Below, piece after piece: positions 60,830 to 64,000 of a stretch of DNA of 64,000 nt. Source of the stretch: Squalus acanthias (taxonomy: Eukaryota); assembly GCA_030390025.1 (NCBI GenBank), contig CM059431.1:158164001-158228000 (forward strand). Reading direction: 5' to 3'. The notes beneath the pieces are model-generated. The model was not told where the DNA came from and made no database searches. It saw nothing but the letters and a program-made list of their open reading frames with translations. The position numbers and the translations under genes were made by a program. Numbering within the stretch: the stretch's first letter is position 1; each line of letters opens with the position of its first letter.

Positions 60830-61702
60830 TGTAATGGGAAGACAACAAGACCTGATCAGAGAAGTAAGTATAGGCGAGTATCCAGACAATATCGACCACA
60901 ACATAATCGGGCTTAAGATAATGATTGAGAGATTCAAAAATAAGACAAGTAGCAAAGTAATTCGCTGGAAGAAAGCTAAAGATGCGATGTGAGGATAAAA
61001 CTAGTGAACGTAATTGTAAATAAAATATTTTAAATATAAAGAGACTGGAGCTTCAGTGTGAAAAATTAAAAGATGTGATAAAAAGAGTTCCGGAGACATA
61101 TATCCCGCGGAAAATCTAAAAAAAACTAGCCAATAATGAGACTCCACTGATAAGGAGAAACGAGCAGCACTGTAACAAAGATAAAAGCACACACTAAGTA
61201 CATAGACAATTAAAGAGTGGATGACGAAAGGGAAGACGAAGAGGTTAAGAAAATAGTAAAAAAAAACAATTAAGAATGTAAAGATGAATTACGAAATGAA
61301 ATAATCAAAGAATATTAAAATAAATAGCTAAGTATCCCATGCAGATATATAACAAAAGTGAAATTAAATTTGTGATAGGGCCACTAAAGAATTTACCAGA
61401 TAAAGTCAGAAGTAATGACAGTAAAATGGCAGATATATTGAGTAGATACATTTGCCAAGTAGGCTAATAATGTGGACATGACATTCGGCTATGAGAACAC
61501 TTAACATAGATAGGAGGGAGATAATTGACAAACGAGACCAACCTAGAGTGGGTTTAAACCTGGTTCCTGATTTGTTGCATGCACGCATGCTAAAATAAGT
61601 TAGGGAAGTGATCGCAAAGTCACTGGTGTGCGTGTGTGTGTGTGTGTGTAATGTGCATATATACATATCTCGCTCGCGCTCTCTCTCTCTTTCTCTCTCT
61701 CC

Positions 61703-61738
<36 letters not shown>

Positions 61739-62155
61739 AATAGAAAAGGCATAGTGCCAAAGTATCAAAAAATGAGCGGGAACAAATCCATGGAACTATT
61801 GACCAGTTAGACAAGTCGGTGGCAGGAAATATATTTAAATCCTTACTCAAATATGTAATACAAAAATCATCTAGAAACCGAAAATATCATTAAAAAGATA
61901 GTCAGAATAGATTTCAGGAGGGAAGGTCATGCTTAGCCAACCTTACTGAATTATTCGTAGAAGTAACAGAACAAATAGATAGGGGCAATGAGGTGCATAT
62001 ATTATACACGGACCTTCAAAAAGCCTTCAATAGGGTACAGCATAGAAGACTCATGACTTCAGAGCATTTGAATTCAGGGGCCTGTAGAAGATTGGATAAC
62101 AAACTGTCTTAATTCAGGAAGCAGGCAGTAGGCGTTAAGGGTAGTTATTCAGGCT
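60830..62155 (+). mobile_element. Highly decayed CR1 ORF2 remnant
   Basis: Traces of DHN, GRSCLANL and DLQKAF motifs. Confidence 0.6.
61626..61735. repeat. Compound microsatellite (GT)n (CT)n (AT)n
   Basis: Seen directly. Confidence 0.95.
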
Positions 62156-62839
62156 ATTTGTATTTTTCTGATGTTTGCTCTGCTAATGTCCTTCACCTTC
62201 TCGCTCAAATTCTAAGCTAAATGGCCTGCTTGTGTCTACATTTCAGATTGCCACACAAAGTCAGTTGCTTTGAAGAAAATAGTTCTTCCTATTTAATTTC
62301 ATCCTTCTACTGCACGAACTCTCTCCATTACAGCATCCAACTAGTTGTAAATTGATTTCTGTGAACCTCTCTTAATTAAATGTTTCTAGTACCCCCGTTA
62401 GCGCTATACACCACCATTTCAACACTTTTCCTTCAAAGCAAACAGTTTTACTTCCGCGAGGCTCTTTTTCAAGTATGCAGACGGTGCTAACTGTGAAGTC
62501 GTTTCTGTTTTAAATTCGTGATGGTGCTCAAAATTGTGAACTGCATCAATCTCAGCTGATGATAAGCCACATATCCTGGGTACTTATAATGACTGCCCAC
62601 TCTCAGATTTATTTGTTTAAATATTATTACTTTTAGACATACCTTTGTGTTACAAGATTATCAGTGGCCAAATGTACGCAACTTTACCCGAAAAAAATTA
62701 AACTGCAGCTATGCTGTTGCCTTTCCATCAATATATGGCATATTACCACGATAATTGATACCAACGGAGCAGCATAACTCCGAATTGAGGCCAAAACGTA
62801 ACTCCGAATGCACCACCGCCATATTTATTGAAATGCATA

Positions 62840-63260
62840 GAATATAATTACGAGAATGTTACAGCACAAAAACTGACCATTCAGCCCAACAGATCTATGG
62901 TGGAGTCTATTCCCCACACAAAACTCTCCCATCTTAATTCATCTCACCCTATCAACACATCCTGCTGTTAATTTCTCTCCCGTGAACTAACCTAGCTTGC
63001 CCTTAAATGCATCTATGCTAATCGCCTAAACCACACAATGTGGCAGCGAGTTCAGCATTCTCACCATTCTGAATAACGATGTTTCTGCTGAATTCCCAAC
63101 TTGATTTATTAGTGGCTATAACATATTTATAGCAGCTAGCTTTGCACTCCCCCAGAACCGGAAATATTTTCTCAACGTCTACCCTATCCAACCCGTTCAT
63201 AACAATAAAGACATATTATGGGTCATACCTGAGGTTTCTCTCTTCACTCTTTCCTGATAG
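62840..63260 (-). mobile_element. Old CR1 3' fragment
   Basis: MNGLDRVDVEKIFP; similar to 53520-53900 and 14530-15070. Confidence 0.7.
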
Positions 63261-63357
63261 TTACACTTAGAAAGTCTTACACTATATGCATTTCAGAATG
63301 TGTGGGTAGTTCCAGTCCATCGTGGAAAGTCGGAGTTTGCAGAATATGTTTAAGATC

Positions 63358-63818
63358 AGCCTCTATGTTATTTAACCATCCGTCGCATCCTTGCCTCTGT
63401 GTCAGAAGGTTGTGGTTTCAAATACCACTCCAGAGACTTGAGCTGAACGGCTAGGCTTAAACTCCAGTGCTGTACTGACGGAGCGCTGCATTGTCGGAGG
63501 TTCCGTCTTTCAGATGAGACGTTAAAACTCTACTCTCTGGTGGACATAGAGATTCCAATGGCACTATTTCGAAGAATAGCAAGCGAGTTATCCCTGATGG
63601 CCTGGCCATTATTTATCCCTCAAGCAACATCACTAAAACAGATTATCGGACCATTATCACATTGCGGATTGTGGGAGCTAGGTGCGCACATATTGGCTGC
63701 CGCGTTCTCTACATTACAACAGTGACTATACTTCAAAGTATTTAATTGGCTGTAAAGCGTTTTGGGATGTCCTGTGGTCATGAAAGGCGCTATATAAATG
63801 CAAGTCTTTCTTTCTTTT
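63358..63818 (+). mobile_element. tRNA-derived Deu-domain SINE (SacSINE1-like)
   Basis: B-box-like ggtttcaaatacc, Deu core (gtctttcagatgagacgttaaa..atggcactatttcgaag), end gaaaggcgctatataaatgcaagtctttctttctttt. Confidence 0.78.
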
Positions 63819-64000
63819 ATCATTGGTACCGATCTTTTATAATACAAACAAACCACCTACAGTGGAGCTGTTGATTTACATTAGATGCATTGAGTTAACC
63901 AATGCTTCTCACGTCACAGACACTTTGCCAGAAAAAGCAAATGGACAGACATTACATAGAATTTCATTGGATATACAGCACATAAACAAGCCATTCGGCC

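Larger units (their letters stand above)
54912..60830 (-). mobile_element. Zenon-like CR1-group LINE RT fragment split by the full-length CR1
   Basis: QGSVLGPTIFSCFIN, ILGVT.DQKL; sequence resumes at about 60461 (caaatgctgtcttgatgtcaaggg). Confidence 0.8.

Noticed and set aside
63358..63440. tRNA gene
   Set aside because: Degenerate tRNA-derived SINE head with no intact cloverleaf.

Overview
Eukaryotic, repeat-dominated window. The element families (HER1/CR1-type LINEs, an HE1-type V-SINE, a Deu-domain SINE, Penelope, Harbinger) point to a cartilaginous fish. Nine short minus-strand exons with canonical GT-AG sites and matching phases (34766 down to 4756) splice into one open frame of about 465 codons. 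It encodes two degenerate half-CARD + Ser/Thr/Pro-rich spacer repeats, then two complete CARD-like death-fold domains, then a 66-bp linker. This resembles the N-terminus of a chondrichthyan NLR-family gene whose NACHT exon would lie left of the window (inference). The upstream part arose by tandem duplication of a ~2.5 kb two-exon unit; the third spacer exon is inverted. The introns and flank hold nested transposons, including a young full-length CR1 with intact ORFs (56004-60459). Its ORF1 ends in the slippery heptamer T TTA AAC with ORF2 open in the -1 frame, and three other CR1 copies show the same junction, suggesting programmed -1 frameshifting. Also present are a decayed Harbinger with derived MITEs and two Penelope-type hammerhead ribozyme cores. 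Repeat boundaries were read by eye and are approximate; exon boundaries were checked base by base. No database search was run.
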